In this document: piece after piece, positions 28,598 through 38,789 of the stretch | Layout: every line of letters begins with the position of its first letter | Numbering within the stretch: position 1 is the stretch's first letter | Origin: Promethearchaeati archaeon SRVP18_Atabeyarchaeia-1 | GTDB lineage: Archaea > Asgardarchaeota > Atabeyarchaeia > Atabeyarchaeales > Atabeyarchaeaceae | Assembly: GCA_037308085.1 (NCBI GenBank) | Contig: CP147779.1 | Span: 2,272,001-2,336,000 of the forward strand | Length of the DNA: 64,000 bases | Direction of reading: 5' to 3' | Position numbers and translations under genes: made by a program | The notes under the pieces: generated by a model | The model's database searches: none | What the model was told of the DNA's origin: nothing | The model's input: the letters and a program-made list of their open reading frames with translations, nothing else

Positions 28598-30151
28598 TCA
28601 AAGAGGTATGTTGCCGTGTTTTCTTGCAGGTCGGCTCGTCCTCTTGTTTACGAGCGTCTCCAGTGCATTGATCAACCTCGGCCTAGTTTCCTTTGGCTCT
28701 ATGACGTCGTCTATGTAACCCCTTTCCGCGGTTATGTAGGGGTTTGCAAATTTCTCGCGGTACTCTTTCACAAGTCGCTCTCTTTCTTTCGCGGGATCTC
28801 CGGCCTTTTCGATTTCCTTTCTGAATATGATGTTGACAGCACCGTCAGGACCCATGACAGCGAGTTCTGCTCCTGGCCAAGCAACATTGTAGTCGGCCCC
28901 CACGTTTTTTGAATTTAGTACGTCAAAGGCTCCACCGTAGGCCTTGCGGGTTATCACTGTAAGTCTTGGCACCGTGGCTTCACAAAACGCGTAAAGCAAC
29001 TTTGATCCGTGCCTGATTATGCCACCGTGTTCTTGAATAGTTCCTGGCAGGAATCCTGGGACATCGACGAAAGTGAGAATGGGTATGTTGAAGCAGTCAC
29101 AGAACCTGACGAATCTTGCACCTTTCGTAGAGGAATCAATGTCCAGCGTTCCAGCGAGGAACTTCGGGTTGTTTCCAACTATTCCGATAGGTCTCCCGCC
29201 GAGCCTGCCAAAACCGATTATAATGTTCTGCGCCCACAATGGTTGAACCTCTAGGAACTCTCCATTATCAACGATATGTCTGACAACATCTCGCATATCG
29301 TACGGCTTGTTGGGGTCAACGGGCACTATGTGATTCAGCTCTTCGTCCACCCTGTTCGGGTCATCACCAGTCTCGACAATTGGTGGATCCTCCATGTTGT
29401 TGGAAGGTATGTAGCTGAGTAGCTTCCTGACTATGTCGAAGCACTCTTCCTCCGAGTTCGCGGAGAAGTGGGCGACTCCACTCTTCTGCATATGCACGGG
29501 AGCTCCCCCCAGCTGCTCCGATGTGACCTCCTCCTTTGTAACCGATTTCACGACATCGGGCCCTGTTATGTGCATGTATGATATCTTGTCCACCATGACT
29601 ATGAAGTCAGTCATCGCCGGTGAATAGACTGCACCACCAGCGCATGGTCCCATAATAGCTGAGATCTGTGGAATCACGCCAGAACTCAGCACATTCCTAT
29701 AGAAGATGTCAGCATAGCCTACTAGACTTGAGACACCCTCCTGTATCCTCGCACCTGCGCCATCATTCAAGCCTATGAGGGGAGCGCCGTTTCTGGCCGC
29801 CAAGTCCATTATTTTGCAGACCTTCTGGGCGAAAGCCTCCCCAAGAGAACCGCCAAAAACGGTGAAATCCTGTGAGAAGATATACACCAGTCTGCCGCTT
29901 ATTCTCCCCCATCCAGTGATGACGGCGTCGCCGAGAGGCCTGTTCTTTTCGGCTCCAAACATCATTGACTGATGTCTGACGAAGGGATCTACTTCTACGA
30001 AGCTTCCCTCGTCCAGTAGCTTCTCGACCCTCTCTCGGGCAGTAAGTTTCCCCGATTCGTGCTGCTTATCGAAGCGCCCTTTTCCCCCGCCAAGTTTACT
30101 TTGTTCCCTCATTTCCTTGAGCTTCTTTATCTTATCCTCCATGGTAGACAT
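28598..30151 (-). CDS. acyl-CoA carboxyltransferase (methylmalonyl-CoA carboxyltransferase 12S / PccB / MmdA family)
   Basis: [52 protein letters not shown]. Confidence 0.96.
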   Translation of the reverse strand: MSTMEDKIKKLKEMREQSKLGGGKGRFDKQHESGKLTARERVEKLLDEGSFVEVDPFVRHQSMMFGAEKNRPLGDAVITGWGRISGRLVYIFSQDFTVFGGSLGEAFAQKVCKIMDLAARNGAPLIGLNDGAGARIQEGVSSLVGYADIFYRNVLSSGVIPQISAIMGPCAGGAVYSPAMTDFIVMVDKISYMHITGPDVVKSVTKEEVTSEQLGGAPVHMQKSGVAHFSANSEEECFDIVRKLLSYIPSNNMEDPPIVETGDDPNRVDEELNHIVPVDPNKPYDMRDVVRHIVDNGEFLEVQPLWAQNIIIGFGRLGGRPIGIVGNNPKFLAGTLDIDSSTKGARFVRFCDCFNIPILTFVDVPGFLPGTIQEHGGIIRHGSKLLYAFCEATVPRLTVITRKAYGGAFDVLNSKNVGADYNVAWPGAELAVMGPDGAVNIIFRKEIEKAGDPAKERERLVKEYREKFANPYITAERGYIDDVIEPKETRPRLINALETLVNKRTSRPARKHGNIPL

Positions 30152-30233
30152 CCTGCAACGTCACACCCCAATATGCGAATCTCGACGATCAGAATGAATG
30201 GCAGTCGTACAAACGTGGATATTCAACACCGAC

Positions 30234-31208
30234 CTAGTGAGGTAATTTCTTCACTTTGCCCTTTATATTCTTTCTCGTTTTCGTCGCCAAGTGAATGCAG
30301 TCCCCCGACAGAATGGTGATCTCCTTCGCATTCCTTGTTCTCAGGATCAGGCCACCCCCAGGTGATATTCCTCTTCCAGTTCCCTCGTAAGTTGCCCCTT
30401 CACATTCTAATCTCACATCTGAACCAATGGTTGTGCACAGTCCCTCGTATTCTGACCAAAGCTCTTTGTCTTCTCCCCTTAAGAACAGGTCGTAATGGGT
30501 GTCCATCGTTTTCAGAATGCCGGCTATCAAGTCGTCTATTGATACGTTCTGTCTGACAAGTTTCCTTACTGATGTGGCTTCTGTCTTTAATCCTCGCGGC
30601 AGAGAGTCAGGATCAGTATTGGCGTTTATTCCTATACCAACGACCACGAACAGAGGCGTTTCACCTTGAAAGGTGCCTTCAGCTAGTATGCCGCAGATCT
30701 TCCTCTCCCCGACAAGAACGTCATTAGGCCACTTTAGCACGGCATCAATGGCGTAGAGCGTCCTCAGGGACTTGGCTACGGACAAGCCAGCAAGCAGAGT
30801 TAGCTTCTGAAGGGGGCGAATAGATGGGGGTCTCAATATGACAGACATCCAGACTCCGCCACGAGGAGAAAACCATTCCCTACCAAGTCGCCCTCTCCCA
30901 GCGCTCTGTGAGCCAGCAATTATGACGGTTCCTTCGGCTGCGCCCTCATCTGCCATCTTCTTGGCTTCATCGTTGGTTGATGAGGTCTCATCCAGATAGA
31001 CCATTTCTCCTCCAATGATGCGCGTATGAAGGATTCGCCTTATGTTCTCGACCGATACGTTATCCTTAGCGGAGTTGCGCGCAAGGTTCTTGTCAATTCG
31101 CCTCAACGTGGAATCACACGCCCATCTCAAGACGATTGGTGTTAGGATACATAGATATGACATTGGTTTCTCTGGACCATCGAGAGATGTGGCAATCGCC
31201 TCCTTCAC
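30234..31208 (-). CDS. birA: biotin protein ligase (true start probably later)
   Basis: SSTNDEAK, QSAGRGRLGREWFSP, LKWPNDV, KICGIL, GIGIN. Confidence 0.95.
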   Translation of the reverse strand: MKEAIATSLDGPEKPMSYLCILTPIVLRWACDSTLRRIDKNLARNSAKDNVSVENIRRILHTRIIGGEMVYLDETSSTNDEAKKMADEGAAEGTVIIAGSQSAGRGRLGREWFSPRGGVWMSVILRPPSIRPLQKLTLLAGLSVAKSLRTLYAIDAVLKWPNDVLVGERKICGILAEGTFQGETPLFVVVGIGINANTDPDSLPRGLKTEATSVRKLVRQNVSIDDLIAGILKTMDTHYDLFLRGEDKELWSEYEGLCTTIGSDVRLECEGATYEGTGRGISPGGGLILRTRNAKEITILSGDCIHLATKTRKNIKGKVKKLPH

Positions 31209-31281
31209 AGACAGCCAAACTGCATGAGTGGATCCATTACGGTTCTTATGAAGAACCTGGGAAATTTGCTCTAGATTTTGA

Positions 31282-31686
31282 TTACTTCTTCGGTGTGCTT
31301 AGTTCGAGTAGGACACCATGCATGCTCTTTGGGTGAACGAAGGCTATCTTGTTTCCATCTGCTCCGATCCTTGGCTTCTTATCTATCAGTTCGACTCCTG
31401 ACTTGCTTAGCTTTGCCAACATCTTGTCTATATCATCGACTTCCAGGGATATGTGGTGGATCCCTTCACCCCGCTTGGCAATGAACCGACCTATGGGACC
31501 TTCCGGGTCTGTCGACTCCATGAGCTCTATTCTTGATTCGCCGATCGGGATCATTGCAGATTTCACTTTCTGCTCATCAACTGTCTCAATGCCAGATACT
31601 CTTAGACCAAGAACATCTGAATACAACTTTATTGCCTCATTCATGTTGTTAACGGCGACGCCAATATGACTGATCTTCTTGAACAT
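31282..31686 (-). CDS. mce: methylmalonyl-CoA epimerase
   Basis: ISHIGVAV, EQKV, IELMES, GEGIHHI, FVHPKSMHGVLLEL; mutase nearby. Confidence 0.93.
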   Translation of the reverse strand: MFKKISHIGVAVNNMNEAIKLYSDVLGLRVSGIETVDEQKVKSAMIPIGESRIELMESTDPEGPIGRFIAKRGEGIHHISLEVDDIDKMLAKLSKSGVELIDKKPRIGADGNKIAFVHPKSMHGVLLELSTPKK

Positions 31687-31841
31687 ACACTTCTCGACCT
31701 CCTAGTAGCTTGACGGGGTAAGCACCTTCGGGGTTGAGAGTCCAATAGAAGAGATTTGATATAAGAATCTATTTAGAGTGGAATCATCGGCTTCCAGTTC
31801 GGGAGAATTCCCTATGTGACTGCGCCTTTGGAAGTGCCCAC

Positions 31842-32315
31842 TTAACCTGGGTTGAAGTCAGCACGGGAGTCGAGTTCCGTTCTTCTCAGCATTAATGCAG
31901 ATGTAACCGGGCAAAGCTCTTTGAATTCGGTGGTGTCCCGTATCGGCGCCGGCGCTCTGTTTCGTTTGACTTTATGGAAGCCCAATTGAGCGAAGAACCG
32001 CTCCGCTGAGGTCGTTAGTAGATAGAGTTCTTTTACTCCAACCAGTTCAGCGTTCTCTGTGAGCTCATGAACAAGCGCTTTACCGTAGCCTTTTCCACGA
32101 ATCGACTCCTCGACTACCACCGAGCGAAGGAGACCCACGTTCCCGTATACCTCCAATCCACCTATTCCTATAACCTTGGAATGAGCGTATGCAACAAACA
32201 TTGAACCAGCTTTCTGGGAGATATCTTCGAACGGCAGATTGCTGGATTTGAGTAGCTCCTTAATCATAGGAAGATCCAGCCCAGTCGCCTGCCTTAGCCT
32301 TATTTCAACGCTCAT
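31842..32315 (-). CDS. GNAT acetyltransferase (ArsN2/ArgA-like)
   Basis: LLRSVVV...RGKGYGKALV, LYLLTTSAERFF, EFKELCP. Confidence 0.88.
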   Translation of the reverse strand: MSVEIRLRQATGLDLPMIKELLKSSNLPFEDISQKAGSMFVAYAHSKVIGIGGLEVYGNVGLLRSVVVEESIRGKGYGKALVHELTENAELVGVKELYLLTTSAERFFAQLGFHKVKRNRAPAPIRDTTEFKELCPVTSALMLRRTELDSRADFNPG

Positions 32316-32512
32316 ACCTTGCACGCTCCTTCCGCCAAGATGCCTACGGTGAGAACTTGGACGCAATAGTGTGATCATGGTAGATAAGGGATTTGCTCAA
32401 CAAAGTGAGTGCGGGTCACTTGGGAACAACAATATCCAACGGTAAGCATGTACTGGGAGACAGAACCCTAAAATACACCTTCTCTAGTGCCTATAATGCT
32501 AGAGGAGATCCC

Positions 32513-32950
32513 ATGAAAGCAGAAAAGATGACGGAAACAGAGCTACTCAAGAAATACTTCATGCACGGAATATTCTTCTCGGTTCTAATGGACGTCATAG
32601 CAATCGGATGGGTTGTCCTCCTGGTCTTTCTAGTAGGCTTTGGCTTCTATATCGGTTTGACAATAGGGTTAGCCTTGCTCTTCATCTTCATGGGTGCAGT
32701 AAACGCCTTCGTAACAAGCAACGTCTGGAATGTCCGTATGCACGCAAACTGGGGATCAGACCTTGTGCATGGCTTCTTTCTTTTCCTCGTATTGTTCGTC
32801 ATATCTCTGCCAGCTACAGCCATAGGCAATTTCCTCTTGCCATCCACCAACCCCGCTTCAGTGTTTGTCAAATTCGCTGTTCAGACGATAATTCTGGCAT
32901 TTGTCTACGGCTTTGCGGCCAAGGCAGTGGCCGGCACTTGGATCGAATAA
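32513..32950 (+). CDS. 4-TM membrane protein, unknown function
   Basis: four hydrophobic helices; GAGGAG RBS before ATG 32513. Confidence 0.75.
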   Translation: MKAEKMTETELLKKYFMHGIFFSVLMDVIAIGWVVLLVFLVGFGFYIGLTIGLALLFIFMGAVNAFVTSNVWNVRMHANWGSDLVHGFFLFLVLFVISLPATAIGNFLLPSTNPASVFVKFAVQTIILAFVYGFAAKAVAGTWIE

Positions 32951-33198
32951 GGCAATGCCCCGTTCTCGTACCAGGGGCGTAAGCTGCAGACTAGACCCCT
33001 TAGAGCGACAGATCCCCCCAGACAGGAAGGTTGAGTAAGAAAGAAGACAGTTAATCTTAGTCCCAGCATGTAATTGTGCCAGTTTATTGTCTCTATTGAG
33101 GCACTCGGTTTAGGCAATCCGATGAGCCAGCATGGCAACAGGGCCATGGAGAAACTCCCAGCGCTGGGCATGGCGCGTCTATTCGGAGACCCCACTTT

Positions 33199-34896
33199 TC
33201 AGATTATCTCCGGTGCCCTGTACTCTCCATAGACCTCCCTGAGGGCGTCGCATATTTCTCCATTTGTTGCGCACTTTCTTACCGCTTCAATGATTGCAGG
33301 CATTAGATTTTCGTTGCCCTGCGCCAGTTCCCGTATCTTCTCGAGGGCCTTTTTAGCCTCTTCGTTGTGTCGTTTGGCTTTGAAAGCTTTTAGTCTCTTC
33401 TTCTGTCGTTCCTCCACTTCAGGCTTGACGCGGAGCACCTCCCACGAGAGTTCTTCCTCGATTGCATACTCATTCACGCCGACAATAATGCGGCCCTTGC
33501 TCTCAACTTCCTTCTGGAACCTGTATGCGCTGCTGAGGATCTCCTTCTGCGGATATCCCCTCTCGATGGCCGGAATCATTCCACCCATGTCGTCGATCTT
33601 CTTCATGTAGTCCATTGCCTGACTCTCAATTTCGTTTGTCAAGCTTTCGATGTAGAATGATCCTGCCAGTGGATCAATGGTATTTGTGACTCCGCCTTCG
33701 CTAGCAATTATCTGCTGTGTTCTCAGAGCTATTCTGACTGCTTTTTCAGATGGCAATGCGAGGGCTTCGTCCATAGAGTTGGTATGCAGCGATTGTGTCC
33801 CTCCGAGAACGGATGCCAGCGCTTGAAGTGTTACGCGAACTATGTTGTTCTCCGGTTGCTGCGCCGTGAGGGTCACACCACCCGTCTGTGTGTGGAATCG
33901 GAGCATCATTGACTCGGGGTTCTGTGCCTTAAACCTCTCTTTCATGATCTTAGCCCAAAGCCTTCTCGCGGCTCGGAACTTCGCGACCTCCTCAAGGAGG
34001 TCCATGTGTGATGCGAAGAAGAATGATAATCTCGGCGCGAAAGTGTCAACTTTCAGACCTCGTGATGTGGCGGCATCGACGTAGGCTATTCCATCCGCCA
34101 AGGTGAATGCAACTTCCTGAACCGCTGTCGCGCCAGCTTCGCGAATATGGTAGCCGCTGATGCTTATGGTATTCCATTTTGGCACGTGCTTGAAGCAGTA
34201 ATCAACTATGTCTATTGCGAGTCTCATGGAAGGCTTAGGCGGGAAAATATACGTTCCCCTTGCGATATATTCCTTGAGGACATCGTTCTGAACTGTTCCT
34301 TGAAGAACAGATTCGTCTGCGCCCTGTTTCTCAGCCGTAACTATGTAGAGGGCAAGGATCACGGGAGCCGAGGAATTGATGGTCATGGATGTGCTGACTT
34401 TGCTCAGAGGAATTCCATTGAAAAGGGTCTCCATATCCTCGATGCTGTTTATGGATACGCCTACCTTGCCTACCTCACCGTACGAGAGTTCGTGATCCGA
34501 GTCGTAACCTATCTGGGTTGGAAGGTCAAAAGCCACGCTAAGCCCTGTCTGCCCTTCCTTCAGCAGGTATTTGAATCGCTGGTTTGTCTCCTCAGCCGAC
34601 CCGAAGCCGGCGTATTGCCGCATAGTCCAAAAGCGGCCCCTATACATTGTTGGGTAAACACCTCGGGTTGCCGGGAATTCTCCGGGAAACCCAAGTTCAT
34701 GTATGTAATCGGTGCTCCCGACATCCGAGAGAGTATACAGCCTCTTGACGGGTATGTTCGAGGATGATAGGAACTCTTTCTTGCGCTCAGGCGCTTTCTT
34801 CGTGTACTTTGAGAGGGTTGTCTGCTCCCACTTCTTCCGAGCCGCTTCAGTCTCATCGACTTTCTTCTCGTCGTACAAGTGCATTGTTCCCTCCAA
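33199..34896 (-). CDS. methylmalonyl-CoA mutase, large (substrate-binding) subunit
   Basis: [18 protein letters not shown] (Tyr), [12 protein letters not shown] (Arg), SGYHIREAG; these Tyr/Arg residues match methylmalonyl-CoA rather than isobutyryl-CoA specificity. Confidence 0.95.
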   Translation of the reverse strand: MEGTMHLYDEKKVDETEAARKKWEQTTLSKYTKKAPERKKEFLSSSNIPVKRLYTLSDVGSTDYIHELGFPGEFPATRGVYPTMYRGRFWTMRQYAGFGSAEETNQRFKYLLKEGQTGLSVAFDLPTQIGYDSDHELSYGEVGKVGVSINSIEDMETLFNGIPLSKVSTSMTINSSAPVILALYIVTAEKQGADESVLQGTVQNDVLKEYIARGTYIFPPKPSMRLAIDIVDYCFKHVPKWNTISISGYHIREAGATAVQEVAFTLADGIAYVDAATSRGLKVDTFAPRLSFFFASHMDLLEEVAKFRAARRLWAKIMKERFKAQNPESMMLRFHTQTGGVTLTAQQPENNIVRVTLQALASVLGGTQSLHTNSMDEALALPSEKAVRIALRTQQIIASEGGVTNTIDPLAGSFYIESLTNEIESQAMDYMKKIDDMGGMIPAIERGYPQKEILSSAYRFQKEVESKGRIIVGVNEYAIEEELSWEVLRVKPEVEERQKKRLKAFKAKRHNEEAKKALEKIRELAQGNENLMPAIIEAVRKCATNGEICDALREVYGEYRAPEII

Positions 34897-34903
34897 GAGA
34901 CTG

Positions 34904-35341
34904 CTATTCTCCTTTCCTGATCCTTTTCCTTAGGTACTCAACGAGGGTGCTCGTTGGTGTCCCTGGCCCAAACACCTCGTCGACGCCCATCTTCTTCAGC
35001 TCTGGGATGTCACTCTTGGGTATGATCCCTCCTCCCCATACCAGCATGTCTCCAGCGCCCTCCTTTCTCAGGAGCTCTATGACCTTCTTGAAGTAGTGTT
35101 TGTGGGTGCCGGAGAGTATGCTTAACCCTATAGCGTCAACGTCTTCTTGAACCGCGGATTTGACGATCTTCTCTGGTGTCTGCCTTATTCCAGTGTAGAT
35201 GACCTCCATTCCCGCGTCTCTGAGAGCGAGGGACACAACCTTGGCTCCCCGATCGTGACCATCCAAACCGGGTTTTGCTATCAGGACTCTAATCTTTGCC
35301 TTATTTGCGCTTTCGGCCATGCTGATCAGCCTCAACGACAA
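34904..35341 (-). CDS. acyl-CoA mutase small, cobalamin-binding subunit
   Basis: [31 protein letters not shown]. Confidence 0.96.
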   Translation of the reverse strand: MSLRLISMAESANKAKIRVLIAKPGLDGHDRGAKVVSLALRDAGMEVIYTGIRQTPEKIVKSAVQEDVDAIGLSILSGTHKHYFKKVIELLRKEGAGDMLVWGGGIIPKSDIPELKKMGVDEVFGPGTPTSTLVEYLRKRIRKGE

Positions 35342-35469
35342 TCATGATCCTATCTTCGCTTCAACTTGCATATCTGAATTTTGGTGGACCAAAGATTTTC
35401 TGGGGAGATGCCGTTGATTTGCCCAGACTCATAAGAGGCAGGCGCTTTGTTTGCAGGGCTAGACTCCCT

Positions 35470-36768
35470 TCAATGACCCAAGTCACCCAATGAGAGTAGC
35501 GGTTCTCCTATTCCCTCTTGATTCTGCCTCTCTTTCTCTATTGCCTTGCGCAGGTTTGTATTCCCGCCATAGTTGAAGATGCCGAGTAATTTGATTGCGT
35601 TCCGATACTCTTCCTCGGCCTGTTTATCATTTCCCGAGAGTCTCATTAGTCGGGCAATGTTTATGTAGCTCATTATATTGTCCCTGAACAGGAGTATTGA
35701 ATTCCTGAACCTCTCAAGCGCGTTCTCTTTGTTTCCCAGATTGAACTCCTTTCCCCCCTGGCAGAAAAGGCGATCTGACAGTCTCTTTAGAACTTCCTCC
35801 GAAAATGATCCTGCCTCTTCTTCTCCAGCAGCTTCTCTGCTCTGCGTAGATTCTCCGGAAAGAGTATCGAGGATAGATTTTCCTTTTGATGAAATGGCTT
35901 TGTATAGTGCCTGTTTCCCCATATCGCGGACGAGTCTGAATGTCTCTTTCTGTTTTCCTGGCATCACTGGCATTGTTTTGAATACTCTGACCATTTTCCC
36001 TGTGAAGCCGGCCTTTTCGATTTCAGTGAAGACTTCGTGCAAGTTGGGGAACCTTTGCAATAGTCCGATGAGACAGAGCGCAACTCGGGGGCTGTAAACT
36101 CCGAGTTCGACTGCAACTTCTGCTGCCTCTATTTCTGTAATATCCCCAAGACTATTGTGTTCGACCATCTTGGAGGTCAAGAAGTCGATCGAATTCTCTA
36201 AATCGAGTGTCTCATTCTCGTTTGAGACGTCGATGGCGCACTCCCTATTAAGATTCTTTCTGAAAGATGCCATAAACTGAAGTGGCCAATATCGCTCTGG
36301 TTTAATAGAAGTGACTCTAAGAGTGGGTCGGTTCTTTTCCACCGTGAATGATTCTTGTCTGATGTTTTCAAAGCCGGTTTTTCTCAAGAGGTCTACAATC
36401 AGGTTTCTCGGAAAGCAAAAAATGTGCCTCATGCCAATAGAGCCCAGTCCGTATATCCACACTAGGAGATCGCTCTTGTCTTTCTCGCCGGCTTTGGTGA
36501 AAAGCCTAAAGGCGGCTTCAATGTCAGGAGTTTCTACTAGGAGGCAGCCGCTTGGCTTCAGAACTCTGAACCATTCGCTTAGCGCGTAAATCGACTTGGC
36601 GAATCCCAGATGCTCGATTACTTGGCATGCATCAATTCTTTCGACACTATTGTCCTGGTACCTGAGGTCTGCTGCGTCCTGTATCTCGTCAGCAACGATG
36701 TCGTCGTATGCATCCACATTGACGTAGCCCTTCTTGTATACCCTGCCACAGCCCAAGTTGATTCTCAT
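35470..36768 (-). CDS. class I SAM-dependent methyltransferase domain plus C-terminal TPR
   Basis: INLGCG, VIEHL, WFRVLKPSG; TPR-like ENALERF...SYINIARL...AEEEYRNAI. Confidence 0.82.
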   Translation of the reverse strand: MRINLGCGRVYKKGYVNVDAYDDIVADEIQDAADLRYQDNSVERIDACQVIEHLGFAKSIYALSEWFRVLKPSGCLLVETPDIEAAFRLFTKAGEKDKSDLLVWIYGLGSIGMRHIFCFPRNLIVDLLRKTGFENIRQESFTVEKNRPTLRVTSIKPERYWPLQFMASFRKNLNRECAIDVSNENETLDLENSIDFLTSKMVEHNSLGDITEIEAAEVAVELGVYSPRVALCLIGLLQRFPNLHEVFTEIEKAGFTGKMVRVFKTMPVMPGKQKETFRLVRDMGKQALYKAISSKGKSILDTLSGESTQSREAAGEEEAGSFSEEVLKRLSDRLFCQGGKEFNLGNKENALERFRNSILLFRDNIMSYINIARLMRLSGNDKQAEEEYRNAIKLLGIFNYGGNTNLRKAIEKERQNQEGIGEPLLSLGDLGH

Positions 36769-36783
36769 GGATCAAGCTATGTC

Positions 36784-37140
36784 TCAGGAACGAAATATCC
36801 TTTTCTTCAAGTCTCTCTTGGTCGTAACACTGTACATCGGCTGTACTCCTCCAGGGGGAATGGGGTGACCGTAAAGGCCAGATGGTTGTGTAGGGGGATT
36901 GCCAGTCAGAAGGAAGAGAAATAGCGCCGCGATGAAGATCTCGACGGGGAAGAAGATGTACCAGTACTTCGTGACCAGAAGCTTCACGCCTGAAGAAGTT
37001 CCTCTCCTGTAAAGCCTTTCAACGTCATTCTTGTCAAGTCCTATAAGGCTGCCCGCAGCATAGATATCAGAAAGATCCGGTTTCTCGGGAGCCGCGTTTT
37101 CCTTCAGCAACTCCTTCATAACTCGCGCATATACACCCAT
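36784..37140 (-). CDS. single-pass membrane protein, candidate radical SAM substrate (paralog B)
   Basis: EKPDLSDIYAAGSLIGLDK; TM; Pro-rich linker with LYG and PMYS; tail YSVTTKRDLKK. Confidence 0.8.
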   Translation of the reverse strand: MGVYARVMKELLKENAAPEKPDLSDIYAAGSLIGLDKNDVERLYRRGTSSGVKLLVTKYWYIFFPVEIFIAALFLFLLTGNPPTQPSGLYGHPIPPGGVQPMYSVTTKRDLKKRIFRS

Positions 37141-37197
37141 TTAGTACCCTCACCTGCTGATTGTTCATACGGATTCGCTTCGCCCTCTTAGCAACTA

Positions 37198-37548
37198 TCA
37201 AGTTAAGAGAGATTTCTTCTTGAGGTCTGCTCTGCTAATAACATTGTACCTTGCGCCAGAGGGGTATACCTGAGACGGATTAGATGGAGGGCTTCCAGAT
37301 AACGCGTACGCAAGCAAAATAGCGAGGGCGGCTACGACGATTATGATCGGCAGGAAAATCCACGGTCGCTTGGCAAGAACGGTTCTCACCCTCGAAGAAG
37401 CAGGTCCCCGGTGGATTCTGGCTATGTCTTCCTTGTCTAGACCTAGTAGGCTCCCAGCGGCACTGATTTCTGCAATGTCGGGTTTTTCAATTGGCTTGGA
37501 ACCCGAAAGGATTTCCCCTAAAATGTGCTTGCTGCTGTTCAAACTCAA
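37198..37548 (-). CDS. single-pass membrane protein, candidate radical SAM substrate (paralog A)
   Basis: EKPDIAEISAAGSLLGLDK; TM; Pro-rich linker; tail YNVISRADLKK; clearly paralogous to 36784-37140. Confidence 0.8.
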   Translation of the reverse strand: MSLNSSKHILGEILSGSKPIEKPDIAEISAAGSLLGLDKEDIARIHRGPASSRVRTVLAKRPWIFLPIIIVVAALAILLAYALSGSPPSNPSQVYPSGARYNVISRADLKKKSLLT

Positions 37549-37581
37549 CCCTCCTCAAACCTAATTGCGGTCAGACCGTAT

Positions 37582-38625
37582 TTAGCCCTTTCTCATGTCC
37601 GACTCTATCCTATAGTAACAGTAGGCATTCTCCCTTCTCTTTGCAGTATTGTACGCCACTGAGAGGCAGCCTCCCCTGCAGATCGCTGCATGGGGACATG
37701 TGCGACAGAAACCAGACAGGGAGGATTCTTTGAACCGCCGGTTGTAGGCGAAGGAATCTGCGTCATTCCAGAGGTTGACAAGTCCCCGCTCCCTGACATT
37801 CCCCTCGATGAAGTCGTCAGGCAATGCGAGGCAGCCCTTTACATTTCCGTTGCTTTGAATGCCTAAGTTTGTGATTCCTGCCTGGCAGCCATTCCAGTCG
37901 CCGACTCCTCGGAATGGTATCACGCTCGAGTAGTAGCCAGAGTCGTGAGCGCCTGCCACTGGCATATCTTTTAAGCTATGCTTCTTTCTCAGCGATGCCA
38001 TGAACAAGCCGACAGAGTAGAATTCCAGTGGGGACAACATGTACTCCTCGCTGAATCTGCCAAAAGGTGATGCCATTTGAATCTGCCAGACAATATCCTT
38101 TTTCAGTATCATGTGCCCGATCTCGGGAAGTTCCCTGAAGTTGAGTTTGTGTACTGCCGTGATAATACTCACTGGTAGCTTCTTGTCCTTTAGTAAGCTA
38201 AGGGCTTTGACAGATTTTGTGAATGATCCCTTCGCACTCCGTATGTGGTCGTGTGTGCCCGGGTTTGAGCCATCAATGCTTATTCCTACTGCGTCCGGTT
38301 CGAGCTTTGATATTTGAGTCGCCATTCTCTCATCGATCATAAGTCCATTCGAGACGATTGAGAGGCTCATCCGCAGCCGCTTAACCTCTTCAGCAATTTC
38401 AAACCAGTCGTCTCGAAGGAAAACCTCTCCGCCAATTAACGCGACTCCTCCACAACCGATCTTCTTAAGGTCGCTACACAGCCTTATCGATTCCTCCGTC
38501 GTCAGTTCATCTGGTCTCGCTTTTCCAGCGGAGGAACCGCAGTGGAGGCATCTCATGTTACACTTCAGGGTTACCTCCCAGACTGCACAAGCAGGAGCGT
38601 ACACGTTCCCTCTCTCCATCTTCAT
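37582..38625 (-). CDS. radical SAM/SPASM peptide or protein maturase, PlpX (splicease)-like
   Basis: AVWEVTLKCNMRCLHCGSSAG; LIGGEVFLRDDW; WQIQ; SPASM GCQAG...KGCLALP...FCRTC-x5-CRGGC...NAYC. Confidence 0.9.
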   Translation of the reverse strand: MKMERGNVYAPACAVWEVTLKCNMRCLHCGSSAGKARPDELTTEESIRLCSDLKKIGCGGVALIGGEVFLRDDWFEIAEEVKRLRMSLSIVSNGLMIDERMATQISKLEPDAVGISIDGSNPGTHDHIRSAKGSFTKSVKALSLLKDKKLPVSIITAVHKLNFRELPEIGHMILKKDIVWQIQMASPFGRFSEEYMLSPLEFYSVGLFMASLRKKHSLKDMPVAGAHDSGYYSSVIPFRGVGDWNGCQAGITNLGIQSNGNVKGCLALPDDFIEGNVRERGLVNLWNDADSFAYNRRFKESSLSGFCRTCPHAAICRGGCLSVAYNTAKRRENAYCYYRIESDMRKG

Positions 38626-38789
38626 GAATCTGAAACAAGCAGACGGTACCTTATCTCCTTTTTGGGGAACAGAGATCTGAGCGACTCTGTCTCTTACTTG
38701 GAGAAAGAGATATAGATAGATATTTGTCGTGTACGTGAGCATATCTATACTGGCGTTCCGGATTGTGGGATCTCGAGGTGACGGGTTGA

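Noticed and set aside
25892-30151. Na+-pumping oxaloacetate or methylmalonyl-CoA decarboxylase
   Set aside because: No membrane beta subunit in the cluster; it cannot be excluded elsewhere in the genome.
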